64,000 bases of DNA from Candidatus Sulfotelmatobacter sp. (GCA_030040965.1 JASHOT010000280.1:9420-73419), one strand, 5' to 3'; positions 1-8,878 are shown, numbered from the stretch's first letter. The notes: generated from the sequence alone by a model not told the origin. Numbers and translations are program-made.

Positions 1-333
1 AGCAACAGTTTGTTTGTGGCTTATCTTTCCAGCGAGCGACGCCGGCGGGGATACGAATTGGACTTGCTTTACGAGATCAACCGCAAACAACTGGGCCGCG
101 TCCGGGTTGCAGTGACGGTGCAGGGAATCGATGACGTTTCGCCGCTTGCCGACTATTGTCTGTCGCTGGATTGCGCGGCCGATTTTCCGGACCTGTACCG
201 TCCGGTGCTCGATGTGATGTTCGGCCAGTTAGTGGGATTGTTTGCCTCGATGCGGCATGGCCTCAAGCCGGACCAGCCCAGCCCGAATGGCGCCATCACA
301 CGAGTGGTTCAGCCAATCAAGCTGTATTCCTAG
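1..333 (+). CDS. SIS-domain sugar isomerase-like protein, C-terminal fragment (5' end outside window)
   Basis: Reading frame is open from base 1 to the stop at 331-333. The C-terminal sequence (...LKPDQPSPNGAITRVVQ...) resembles AgaS/GlmS-type SIS isomerase C-termini. Recognised from memory only. Confidence 0.5.
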   Translation, partial: SNSLFVAYLSSERRRRGYELDLLYEINRKQLGRVRVAVTVQGIDDVSPLADYCLSLDCAADFPDLYRPVLDVMFGQLVGLFASMRHGLKPDQPSPNGAITRVVQPIKLYS

Positions 334-381
334 ATCGCGTCAATCGGCTCGATTTCAGTTGGCCTGTGGAATCGAGCTGCC

Positions 382-1497
382 TTAAGCCGTAGTCAGCGCA
401 GGTGTATCAGGTTCGTAGGGACAGAACGGATCAGTCCCCAAAGCATCGCCTGTATGAGCAAAGGCACGGGCTCGCGATCCCCCGCAAATATGGCTGTATT
501 CGCAGGCTCCACATTTTCCGTGAAATGTATCCGGCGAGTGCAGCGAGCGGAAAATCTGCGAGTCGCGATAGATTTCCACCAGAGAGTTCACGCGCACATT
601 GCCGCAGCGCAGCGGCAAAAATCCCGAAGGATAAATGTCGCCAAGATTCGAAACGAAGACGATGCCGTGCCCGTCGCGAATCTGGAATCCCTTATAGACC
701 GAGGTGGTTTTCATCTCAGCTGTGGCCATGTGCAACTTGCGCATCTCTTCAATCGCGATTCGGCGGTAGGAAGGCGCTTCGGTTGTTTTGATCGCGAACG
801 GGGCGCGCGGAGTGAGATCGAACACCCACCGCATGATGCGTTCTCCCTCTTCTGGAGAAACTTCGTTCAATGCCTTGCCCCGGCCGACGGAAATCAGCAT
901 GAACAGGCTCCAGCGCATCACCGGGAAGCTGGTGCGCAGCAATTCATAAATTGCGGGCAGATCGTCGGCAGTTTCCGCGGCCACGAGCGTGTTGACCTGG
1001 ATGGGAAGGCCGAGGCGCCCGCAATGGCGTGCGGCTTCCATGGTGCGGTCAAACGTTCCGGGAACGGCGCGGATATTGTCATGCTTCTCCGCGCAGGAGC
1101 CGTCGAGGCTCAGCCCGAGGCTTTGAATTCCATGCGCCTTCAGTTTGGTGATGGCGTCGTTGGTGAGCTCGGGCGTGGCGCTGGGAGTGATTGAAACTTC
1201 CAGGCCCAGATTGTTGCCGTAATCGATCAGCTCGTAAATATCTTTGCGGCTTAGAGGATCGCCACCGGTAAGGATCAGATGAGGCAGGGGGTCGCCGAAA
1301 TCGACCAGTTGGCGCAGGAACGTCTTGCTCTGCTCGGTATTCAATTCGAGCGGATGCGGCATGGGCATCGCCTCGGCGCGGCAGTGTTTGCAGGCGAGAC
1401 CGCAAGCCTGCGTCATCTCCCAGTAAACCAGCATCGGATTCTTGGAAAAATCGTGAGCCGGATGGCCCATCTTCGGAGTAGTGCCCGCGACTACCAT
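382..1497 (-). CDS. radical SAM / SPASM-domain enzyme of unknown substrate (AhbD/NirJ/PqqE-like; resembles the TIGR04053-type family)
   Basis: CGLACKHC (CxxxCxxC) motif near the N-terminus. C-terminal Cys-rich auxiliary-cluster region (CGACEYSHICGGSRARA...FCPY). SD AAAGGGGAA lies 6 nt before the ATG. Confidence 0.85.
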   Translation of the reverse strand: MVVAGTTPKMGHPAHDFSKNPMLVYWEMTQACGLACKHCRAEAMPMPHPLELNTEQSKTFLRQLVDFGDPLPHLILTGGDPLSRKDIYELIDYGNNLGLEVSITPSATPELTNDAITKLKAHGIQSLGLSLDGSCAEKHDNIRAVPGTFDRTMEAARHCGRLGLPIQVNTLVAAETADDLPAIYELLRTSFPVMRWSLFMLISVGRGKALNEVSPEEGERIMRWVFDLTPRAPFAIKTTEAPSYRRIAIEEMRKLHMATAEMKTTSVYKGFQIRDGHGIVFVSNLGDIYPSGFLPLRCGNVRVNSLVEIYRDSQIFRSLHSPDTFHGKCGACEYSHICGGSRARAFAHTGDALGTDPFCPYEPDTPALTTA

Positions 1498-1576
1498 GAC
1501 GTTCCCCTTTCGGCGTAAGACTATGGAAAAACACCCACAAGCAAGATTTAGAGTACGTTCGCTAGTAGAAAAAGGC

Positions 1577-1592
1577 TGTGATTGGGATCACA
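1577..1592. promoter_or_regulatory. perfect palindrome TGTGATTGGGATCACA (TGTGA-N6-TCACA / TGT-N10-ACA class), 85 nt upstream of the rSAM start codon
   Basis: Read directly from the sequence. Belongs to a family with 8 members in this window. Confidence 0.5.
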
Positions 1593-1883
1593 GGGATGGG
1601 TGACGAGAAGGAACTGGCTTCAAAGTGGCAAGGTTTCGAAGTTTCAAAGGGAAACGGAGGCATGCCGAAAAGCCTTGAAACCTTGAAACTTTGAATCGTT
1701 GAAGCCTTAAACACAAATGCCCGGGTCTGGGGGTGAGCACCTAGACCCGGGCTGGCTGTTCCTCTGTTGGCAATGGAGGGGAACCGGCAACCCGAGCGTG
1801 CCGGCGAGCAGATCACTCACCCTCATTTATGCCGCGCCCTCCTCTTTGGGGAGTACGCGGAGTCCTCTGGGAACAGCGATGCC

Positions 1884-1973
1884 TTAGCGAGTCGCCCAGG
1901 ACAGATTGGGTATCATCACAAATAGAGCCACCGCGATCATAGCGATGGCGATTGCCAGCTTCACAATCTTCAT
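1884..1973 (-). CDS. 29-aa hydrophobic small protein (MKIVKLAIAIAMIAVALFVMIPNLSWATR)
   Basis: ATG preceded by GAAAGGAAAC 6 nt upstream, the same SD flavour as two confident genes here. GC-rich third positions and a single TM-like helix. Below the ORF-track size cutoff. Confidence 0.35.
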   Translation of the reverse strand: MKIVKLAIAIAMIAVALFVMIPNLSWATR

Positions 1974-2104
1974 GAGTGCGTTTCCTTTCAAACCTGCCGT
2001 CTCGGCCTCGCTGCGCGGAAGCTATGGAATCTCGCAGACGGTTACCGAGACTCGATAAGAATTTATTAACGTCTTGCAGTTTCTACGTTCCGAGCCGAAT
2101 GGTC

Positions 2105-2120
2105 AGTGATTACAATCACG
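2105..2120. promoter_or_regulatory. imperfect palindrome AGTGATTACAATCACG (GTGAT-N4-ATCAC core), ~190 bp upstream of the hemA sigma54-like promoter
   Basis: Read directly. Shares TACAATCACG with the site at 3829-3844. Confidence 0.4.
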
Positions 2121-2299
2121 CCCGGAAGTGATCGTGATATCTGGCTAAGTTATTGGGAAAACGGCAGATAGCGTCAAAAAACTCTCGTCCCGCGTGATAT
2201 ACCGCAGTCCTTTCCGGGTTGGGTTGGCACGCGATTTCTGTGCCAGCCTGTAACTCACTGAAATGGCACATGCTACTGTCCATCCGGAATTTCACCGGT

Positions 2300-2316
2300 T
2301 TGGAGACGGGCGTGCG
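2300..2316 (+). promoter_or_regulatory. sigma-54-type -24/-12 promoter candidate TTGG-AGACGGG-CGTGCG upstream of hemA
   Basis: GG-N10-GC spacing is exact. Same TTGG-N7-CGTGC motif as three other sites. The GC lies 54 nt before the hemA ATG at 2369. Confidence 0.5.
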
Positions 2317-2368
2317 ATTTAGAAGGGTGCAACCTGCGTCTGAGGTGTCATCTTTGGAACCCACTCTC

Positions 2369-3721
2369 ATGGTAATCGGCCTGAACCACTCGACGGCCTC
2401 GTTGCCCATGAGGGAGCGATTCTGGATCGGGGAAAACGCACGTTACCAGGTTCTGCGCCAACTCAAGAGCGCCGAGGGAATTGAAGAACTCGTCGTTCTT
2501 TGCACGCGCTGCCGCACCGAATTTCTGATATGGGCGAGCGATCCGACCCTCGCCGCCAATTCTCTCCTCCGATTTCTTGGCGCCCAGCACGGACTGAAGT
2601 TGACAGAGTGGCAGCACTTTTACCGCCGGCTCGATGATTCGGCTATCTCCCACATTTTTCGCGTTGCCTCAGGGCTGGATTCGCTGGCGTTGGGCGAACC
2701 GCAAATGGTTTCGTACCTCAAGTCCGCCTGGGAGCAAGCGCAAACAGTGGGGGCTGCGGGACGCTTTCTGAACGCCCTCATCGAAAAAGCTCTGCAGGTT
2801 TCGACCCGCGTACAGCAGGAAACCGCGGTTGGGAAATTGGCCGCTTCGATTCCCGCTGTGGCTCTGGATCTGGCCAGTCAGGTTTTCGGATCTCTGGAAG
2901 GACGGAAAGTGTTACTGCTCGGCACGGGAAGAATGAACGAGCTTTCCGCCCGCGCCTTGGCTCAGAGAGGCGCTGGATCGCTGGTCGTCATCGATCAGTC
3001 CTCCAGCCGGGCGCAGGAGATGGCGGAAAAGCTGGGCGGCACCGTAGCCCCGTTATCGGAGCGCTGGAGTTGCATGTTGCGCGCCGACATCGTCATCAGC
3101 GCCACCGGCTGTCCGCACGCGGTGCTGACCCGCGAAGAGGCCGAGCGGATTGCGCAGGAGAGGAACCGCGTGCCGCTGGTGATTCTGGACATCGCGATCC
3201 CGCGTGACGTGGATCCGGATGTGCATCGAGTGGATGGAATCGTTCTCTACGATCTTGATGGCCTGGAGCGTGCCGCGCGAGTGAATACCACCGAGCGTGC
3301 TGGCATCGCGTCTGAAGCGGAGAAAATCGTCTCCGAAGAAGCTCAGGCATTTCGCAGCCAGCTTCAGAGCCAGCCCGTGCTCCCAACCAGCGTTGCGCTG
3401 CGTCGCAGGCTGAACGAGATTTGCCGGCAAGAACTGGAGTCCTTCATTGAGGAGCGGGGGCCGTTTACTCGGGAGCAGGATCAATCACTTCATGCTGTAG
3501 CTGCCCAGCTCATACAGAAGATTGCCAACTCTTTGGCTCGGGAACTCAAAGAACTTCCAGAAAGGGCAGAGCAGGAGCGCATGACGGCGGCCGTTACGCG
3601 CCTGTTTCATCTCGATTCGTTGAAAGCGGATTCGGCGCCAAGGGCGCTTGCCGGCACCAGATCGGAAAAGAAGGAAAGGAGAGAAGGTGGCGAAGAACGC
3701 GCAGTCGCCATCAATTTCTAA
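2369..3721 (+). CDS. hemA: glutamyl-tRNA reductase
   Basis: MVIGLNHSTASLPMRERF... is a typical HemA N-terminus. An NAD(P)-binding GTGRM segment and a C-terminal dimerisation helix are present. The track ORF begins at 2219, but M51 (2369) matches family N-termini and lies downstream of the predicted promoter. Confidence 0.9.
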   Translation: MVIGLNHSTASLPMRERFWIGENARYQVLRQLKSAEGIEELVVLCTRCRTEFLIWASDPTLAANSLLRFLGAQHGLKLTEWQHFYRRLDDSAISHIFRVASGLDSLALGEPQMVSYLKSAWEQAQTVGAAGRFLNALIEKALQVSTRVQQETAVGKLAASIPAVALDLASQVFGSLEGRKVLLLGTGRMNELSARALAQRGAGSLVVIDQSSSRAQEMAEKLGGTVAPLSERWSCMLRADIVISATGCPHAVLTREEAERIAQERNRVPLVILDIAIPRDVDPDVHRVDGIVLYDLDGLERAARVNTTERAGIASEAEKIVSEEAQAFRSQLQSQPVLPTSVALRRRLNEICRQELESFIEERGPFTREQDQSLHAVAAQLIQKIANSLARELKELPERAEQERMTAAVTRLFHLDSLKADSAPRALAGTRSEKKERREGGEERAVAINF

Positions 3722-3770
3722 CTCATTCCATTCGTGATTGGCGCTTTTCATAATTCCTCATACCAGCGCC

Positions 3771-3803
3771 AAAGGGCTTCCCCAGAAGGGAAGCCCTTTT
3801 TCT
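3771..3803 (+). terminator. rho-independent terminator after hemA
   Basis: AAAGGGCTTCCC-loop-GGGAAGCCCTTT hairpin followed by TTTTCTT. Confidence 0.7.
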
Positions 3804-3828
3804 TGGGATTCGAACGTCGCATTGTGTT

Positions 3829-3844
3829 TGGTGAGTACAATCAC
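3829..3844. promoter_or_regulatory. weak palindrome family member TGGTGAGTACAATCAC(G)
   Basis: GTGAG-TACA-ATCAC. Shares TACAATCACG with the 2105-2120 site. Lies 273 nt upstream of the lipoprotein gene. Confidence 0.3.
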
Positions 3845-4116
3845 GTTTCAGACGCTACTGGACTGTGCGAGAGGTTTGACAATTATCGACAAAATTCATA
3901 ATCGGTTTACAAAAATCGGACTACGATAAAGCTGCTGCAGGTTGTGTCGGATTGACTAGCTGCTAATGGAACGAAGGGGAGTGGGCCGATCATCGCTTCA
4001 AGCGATTGCTCCAAGCGAAATTGCTTCAAGCGATGGGTTCAGCGCAACTAGTCCGACCTCATGGTTGGACACGACAATTCACGGTTTCGTAATCGGCCGC
4101 TTGCTCGGAGGAAGTT

Positions 4117-5754
4117 ATGAAACTGTCCGCTTCGTCTTCCTGTTCCCACTTTTTGTCCTATTTATCTCTTGTAAGTCTGCTCGCTTTCGCGCTGGCCACC
4201 ATTGGGTGCGGTTCGGGTGGAGGTGCAAAGACTCCTCCACCTCCGCAATTCAGCGGAAATACCAACGTGACGGTCGTGGCATCGAGTACGGCCAACGACC
4301 AACTCTCGCAGTTCGACCTTCAGATACAGACGTTGACCTTGACTGGCCAGTCAGGAAACACGGTCAATGTCTTGTCAGGGAGTTGGGAGACGGAATTCAT
4401 GCATGTCAACGGATTGGTCCAGCCAATTGCTACCGTGAGCATTCCACAAGGAATCTATACGGCCGCTACTGCGGTGATCGGGGGCGCAAGCTTTACGTGC
4501 GAAACCGTAATGCCGGCTGACTCGGACACGCCCGGCAACCTTGACGAGAGCACCTATGCCTACGGTTACACTCCGAATTCCCAGGTCGCCGTGAATCTTC
4601 CATCGCCAGTCACGATCACGGGAGACAGCATGGGATTGGTGGTGAATCTGCAGGTTTCACAGTCGGCGAGTTTTCCCAGCACCTGTTATCCGCCTAACGG
4701 GGGGATCGCCAGTTTTTCGATTACTCCAACGTTCAATCTAACTCCGGCTACGTTTACCACGCAGGCGACAAGCCCCGCCAACGGCAAGGTCACCGAACTC
4801 GAGGGGCAGGTGAGCGCGTTGGCGTCGGCGGGAAGTGGGTTTACTTTGGCCGTGAGCGGACCGGATTACACATTCGACCAGACCCTGACCGTGGCCGCAA
4901 ACGGCAATACCGTCTATCAGGGACTCAGCAACCTTTCCGCGCTGCAGGTGGGCACATTCGTCGATATGGATGGAGCTCTTCAAGCGGATGGTTCTGTACT
5001 TGCCACGCGAATCGCAAGCTACGATCAGAGTGCCCTCAATGTCATGATCGGCCCGCTGCTGCAACTGGCGGCTTCAGCGCCGGATTTCTACAGTTTTCCA
5101 TCCGAGCAGCAAGGCCAAACGTATTCCCAACCGTTGGGTTCACAAGGCTTGGGGATTTATTCGTACTCGGATACCACTTCGTTTCAGATTTCCGGCCAAA
5201 TGAGCAATGTAAACAGTCTGCCCTTTGCGGCGAGCTTCACTAGCGGCAATATGGTCACGGGGCAGAATGTGGCTGTTTTTTCGGGACCGATCACCGCCTA
5301 CTATGGGGGCGAGTACAACGCCGCGACAACTATTGCCCTGATGCCGCAAACAATCGATGCCACCCTTGTAGGTTCTGCTACAAGCGGCAGCTTTACCGAT
5401 TACACCGTTTCGCTTGCATCTTATGACCTGTTTCCGACGCTGGCTGTGCAACCGGGGCAGACCACGGTGCTCAGCAAACCGGGCGAGGTCGAAGTCTACA
5501 TTGACAACAACACGCAAATGCTCAATACGCAGTCGCTGACGTCGGGTGGAACGTTCCGTTTCTACGGGCTGGTTTTCAACGATAATGGAACGCTGCGCAT
5601 GGATTGCGCCCAGGTGAATGACGGTGTGGCGTTCACGCCGCCTTCCAGTTCGAATAGCCAGAGACTCGCGCGGCCTGGCGATGTGCAAACGGTTCGTCGT
5701 CCCGGAGTCGCGGGGTTGCAGCCGACATTCAGAACATTCACGCGGCCCGAGTAG
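4117..5754 (+). CDS. secreted lipoprotein, DUF4382-like N-terminal domain plus DUF5666-like repeats (function unknown)
   Basis: Signal peptide with lipobox LATIGC followed by GSGGG. SD GGAGGA 5 nt upstream. Paralog of 5790-7397. Domain names are from memory of family patterns. Confidence 0.8.
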   Translation: MKLSASSSCSHFLSYLSLVSLLAFALATIGCGSGGGAKTPPPPQFSGNTNVTVVASSTANDQLSQFDLQIQTLTLTGQSGNTVNVLSGSWETEFMHVNGLVQPIATVSIPQGIYTAATAVIGGASFTCETVMPADSDTPGNLDESTYAYGYTPNSQVAVNLPSPVTITGDSMGLVVNLQVSQSASFPSTCYPPNGGIASFSITPTFNLTPATFTTQATSPANGKVTELEGQVSALASAGSGFTLAVSGPDYTFDQTLTVAANGNTVYQGLSNLSALQVGTFVDMDGALQADGSVLATRIASYDQSALNVMIGPLLQLAASAPDFYSFPSEQQGQTYSQPLGSQGLGIYSYSDTTSFQISGQMSNVNSLPFAASFTSGNMVTGQNVAVFSGPITAYYGGEYNAATTIALMPQTIDATLVGSATSGSFTDYTVSLASYDLFPTLAVQPGQTTVLSKPGEVEVYIDNNTQMLNTQSLTSGGTFRFYGLVFNDNGTLRMDCAQVNDGVAFTPPSSSNSQRLARPGDVQTVRRPGVAGLQPTFRTFTRPE

Positions 5755-5789
5755 ATTCAGGCAGAGGTTCGGCGGAGGACGGAGGAATT

Positions 5790-7397
5790 ATGAGTTCCCT
5801 ACGATTTGTCCCGCGTATGTTTTCGTCCGAAAAGTTTGTTCTTACGCTGCTGGTCACTGTTTGGTCTGGACTAACCACTAACTGCGGCTCGGGTGGAAGC
5901 ACATCGAAAACTGCACCTTTATCTGGAAGCACGCAGGTGATGGTCGTGCTGACGAGCACGGCCAACGATCAGTTGTCGGAATTCGACCTCGGTTTTCAAA
6001 GCCTCGCGTTGACGAGCCAGTCGGGCAAAACGGTTACTCTGCAATCATTGCCTACCTCAGGACCGCCGTTGGACGCCGAGTTCATGCACCTGAACGGTAT
6101 GGCTCAGCCACTGCTGAGCGTGACGGTTCCGCAGGACATCTATACAAGCGCAACGGTCACGCTGGGCGGGGGTGCCTTTGTGTGCATCGCCCTTGGTCAG
6201 ATCGATGGGGAACAGACCCTAAGCTCGGCCTATTACACCCTCTACCCACCCACGGCGACCGTGAACTTCCCATCGCCTCTTACTGTGACGGGTACGAATA
6301 TGGCTCTGTCGCTGGACCTGTTAGTATCGCAGTCCGCCACAATAGGCGACTGCGTGAACGTCGACGGATTCACTGGTTTTTCGATGGCACCGACCTTCAG
6401 TCTTACACCGTTCACTTTGGCCGCCTCACCGACGAATTCGGCGAATGGCAAAGTGTTGGGGATCGATGGAGAGATCACAGCGGTCGGTTCCAGCGGCACC
6501 AGCTTAACGTTGTCGCTGCCCAACTACGTGCCTTCGGTGACAGGGCTGCCAGTTTCTGTTCAGTCCAACAGCAACACCGTGTATCAGGGAATTAGCGGCT
6601 TTTCCGCGCTGGCAGCAGGCACGTTCGTCAATATGGATGGTGCGATCCAGTCCGATGGTTCTCTCGTGGCGACGCGGATTGCGGTGGAAGATCCTTCTGC
6701 CGTAGATGTATTCCGCGGTCCGCTGATGCAGGTGGCAGCTTCGGTGCCTTCATTCTTCATGCATGCTCGCGAGATGCAGGGCGCTGGCATGCCCGGGTTC
6801 GGAAGCGGCGAAAATATGGCGTTCTACTACAGCGGTTCAGCTTTTCAGATCTCCCAACAGCTATCGAATCTGGGCAATCTGCCGTTTGTACCAAGTTTCA
6901 ACGCTTCAAACATGGTGCCCGGACAGGAGATATATGTCTCTGCACCCTCCATCCCGGAAGGCGGCGGCTATCTCACGGGGAGCACAGTCACGCTCATGCC
7001 ACAAACAGTTGATGGCACGGTCGCCGCGTCCTCAAGCGCCGGCAACTTTACGATTTACACAATCTCGCTTGCGTCCTATGACCTGTTTCCTATGCTGGCG
7101 GTGCAGCCCGGGCAAACCACGGTTGAGAATGATCCGAGCCAAATCGAGGTTTATGTCGACAGCAATACGCAAATGATCAACACGCAGTCGCTTTCTTCGG
7201 GAGGCACGTTCCGCTTCTATGGGCTGGTTTTCAACGATAACGGCACGCTGCGCATGGATTGCGCGGAGGTGAATGACGGCGTGGCTTTCACCGCTCCGTC
7301 GAGTTCAGGAGGTCAGAAAGTCGGGACCATCCAGATAGAACGCCGGCCGGGCGCGACCGGCGTGCAGCAGGTGGTAACCACTGTGACCACTCACTGA
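5790..7397 (+). CDS. secreted lipoprotein, paralog of 4117-5754
   Basis: Lipobox LTTNC followed by GSGGS. Colinear similarity with the upstream gene. Near-identical C-terminal ~90 aa (TFRFYGLVFNDNGTLRMDCA.VNDGVAF). Confidence 0.8.
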   Translation: MSSLRFVPRMFSSEKFVLTLLVTVWSGLTTNCGSGGSTSKTAPLSGSTQVMVVLTSTANDQLSEFDLGFQSLALTSQSGKTVTLQSLPTSGPPLDAEFMHLNGMAQPLLSVTVPQDIYTSATVTLGGGAFVCIALGQIDGEQTLSSAYYTLYPPTATVNFPSPLTVTGTNMALSLDLLVSQSATIGDCVNVDGFTGFSMAPTFSLTPFTLAASPTNSANGKVLGIDGEITAVGSSGTSLTLSLPNYVPSVTGLPVSVQSNSNTVYQGISGFSALAAGTFVNMDGAIQSDGSLVATRIAVEDPSAVDVFRGPLMQVAASVPSFFMHAREMQGAGMPGFGSGENMAFYYSGSAFQISQQLSNLGNLPFVPSFNASNMVPGQEIYVSAPSIPEGGGYLTGSTVTLMPQTVDGTVAASSSAGNFTIYTISLASYDLFPMLAVQPGQTTVENDPSQIEVYVDSNTQMINTQSLSSGGTFRFYGLVFNDNGTLRMDCAEVNDGVAFTAPSSSGGQKVGTIQIERRPGATGVQQVVTTVTTH

Positions 7398-8878
7398 GTG
7401 GATGAATTTTCGGAAGGAACTGGTTCCGAGTTCTCCTCTTCGCCCGCGGGGACGAGTTCAAACTTTTTCAGTTTGTAGCGCAGTGCGTCGCGGCTGATGT
7501 CGAGCAGACGCGCGGCGTGAGTTTGATTGCCCCTCGCCTGTCGCATGGCCAGTTCGACCATGGCGCGCTCAACCTCTTCGAGCGAGGTTCCTTCCTCCGG
7601 GATGTAAAGCCGCGGCAGCACGCGTCCGTTGGAAAGTTGTTTGCCCCCTCCGTCGGCGGAAGCGCTGCTGTGCTCAAAGGCGGTCAAGCCGCTGCGGCCC
7701 GATTCGCCCACCGCAAACGGAAGATACACCGGGCGCAGAATCGATTCTTCTTCCAGAATCATGGCGCGCTCAATCGAGTTCTTCAGCTCACGGACATTCC
7801 CTGGCCAGTTGTGCGCCAGCAGCAGCCGCCGTGTCTCGGGGCTGATGCCGCGAATCGACTTCTTGAACTTGCGGTTGTACCAGGTAACAAAGAAATCGAC
7901 GAGCGGGAGAATGTCTTCCGGCCGCTCGCGCAGCGGCGGAATGAAGATGGCGATAATCGCGAGCCTGTAATAAAGATCCTGGCGGAAGTGGCCTTCACGC
8001 ACGGCTTTTTCCAGGTCGCGATTTGACGCGGCCACCACGCGCACATCCACCTGCAGATCCCGCACTCCACCGACCCGCCGGATCACCTGATCCTCGAGCA
8101 CACGCAGCAACTTCGCCTGTAACAGCGGCGAAAGCTCACCAATCTCGTCGAGGAACAGTGTGCCGCCATGCGCGGTTTCGAACAGGCCTTTCTTCATGGC
8201 CTTGGCGTCGGTGAATGCGCCTTTCTCGTGGCCAAAAAGTTCGGCCTCCATCAGCGTTTCAGGAATCGCCGAGCAGTTGATGGCTACGAACGGGCCGTTC
8301 TGTCGCGAGCTGTCGTAGTGGATATTTTTCGCGATAAGGTCTTTGCCGGTGCCGCTCTCCCCCTGAATCAGAATCGTGGTTGCCTCGCTGGCCGCCACCT
8401 TCTGCACGAAGCTCATCAGTTCGATCGTTTTCGGCGCGACGGCAACTACATCGTGATAACCCGTGCTGCGCCGGACCTCGCCCCGCAGCGACTGCACTTC
8501 CGTGCGCAGCCGGCTGGCTTCAAGCGCGTTCTGGATGGTGACGTGAAGTTCCTCGAAGTCGAGCGGCTTGCCGACAAAATCGTAGGCGCCGAGTTTTAGC
8601 GCGGTTTTGACGTCATCCAGCTGCGGATCGGCGGTGATCATGATGACCGCTGGGGCGTCAGGATTCTTCTTGACCTGCTCGAGCACCTGAATGCCGTTGA
8701 TGTCGGGCATGCGCACATCGAGCAGAATGAGGTCGGGCGATTCGCTTTGGGCGAGCCGAAGACCGGGCTCACCCGAAGGCGCCTCGACAATCTGGTATCC
8801 CCATTCCTCACACTTCTGCCGCAGGGACCAGCGCACCAGGCGCTCGTCATCGACAATCAGGATTTTCTCCGCAGCCAT
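7391..8878 (-). CDS. sigma-54-dependent response regulator (NtrC-family enhancer-binding protein)
   Basis: Receiver domain (ILIVDDE..., LILLDVRMPD). AAA+ sigma54-interaction domain (GESGTGK, GAFTDA). C-terminal Fis-type HTH (GNQTHAARLLDISRDALRYKLKKF). Confidence 0.9.
   Translation of the reverse strand: MAAEKILIVDDERLVRWSLRQKCEEWGYQIVEAPSGEPGLRLAQSESPDLILLDVRMPDINGIQVLEQVKKNPDAPAVIMITADPQLDDVKTALKLGAYDFVGKPLDFEELHVTIQNALEASRLRTEVQSLRGEVRRSTGYHDVVAVAPKTIELMSFVQKVAASEATTILIQGESGTGKDLIAKNIHYDSSRQNGPFVAINCSAIPETLMEAELFGHEKGAFTDAKAMKKGLFETAHGGTLFLDEIGELSPLLQAKLLRVLEDQVIRRVGGVRDLQVDVRVVAASNRDLEKAVREGHFRQDLYYRLAIIAIFIPPLRERPEDILPLVDFFVTWYNRKFKKSIRGISPETRRLLLAHNWPGNVRELKNSIERAMILEEESILRPVYLPFAVGESGRSGLTAFEHSSASADGGGKQLSNGRVLPRLYIPEEGTSLEEVERAMVELAMRQARGNQTHAARLLDISRDALRYKLKKFELVPAGEEENSEPVPSENSSTQ

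Noticed and set aside
454-1194. Long antisense or alternative-frame ORFs in the track. Examples: 454-1194, 9784-10626, 12151-13176, 14184-14885, 15173-16432, 16504-17463, 17635-18693, 20570-21631, 22843-23628, 25314-26000, 34053-34856, 52431-53165 and 55207-56499.
   Set aside because: They overlap confidently recognised genes on the other strand or frame. They have Arg/Pro/Gly/Ala-skewed low-complexity translations typical of GC-rich shadow ORFs, and no motifs.
1715-1830. Possible SRP (4.5S) or 6S RNA on either strand. The termini pair (GGGTGAG...CTCACCC), there is a terminator-like 3' hairpin, and AAGCCTTAAAC/CCTTGAA strings are reminiscent of E. coli 6S.
   Set aside because: No GGAA-tetraloop helix-8 motif (GGUCCGGAAGGAAGCAGCC-like) for SRP RNA. 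I could not build the long closing stem and central bubble expected of 6S. It is kept only as an unclassified structured region.
3806-3822. tRNA-like T-loop string (minus strand GTTCGAATCCC).
   Set aside because: The flanking 5-mers are not complementary, so there is no T-stem, and no acceptor or anticodon arms can be drawn. No tRNA genes are supported anywhere in the window.
3876-3902. Sigma-70-like TTGACA-N15-CATAAT upstream of the lipoprotein genes.
   Set aside because: The spacer is short (15 nt) and it is a single unsupported hit 215 nt from the ATG. Plausible, but too weak to list as a feature.
3966-4520. 184-aa ORF overlapping the start of the first lipoprotein gene.
   Set aside because: It is in a different frame from the convincing lipoprotein ORF, which has a lipobox and an SD at 4117. 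Its translation has no recognisable features.
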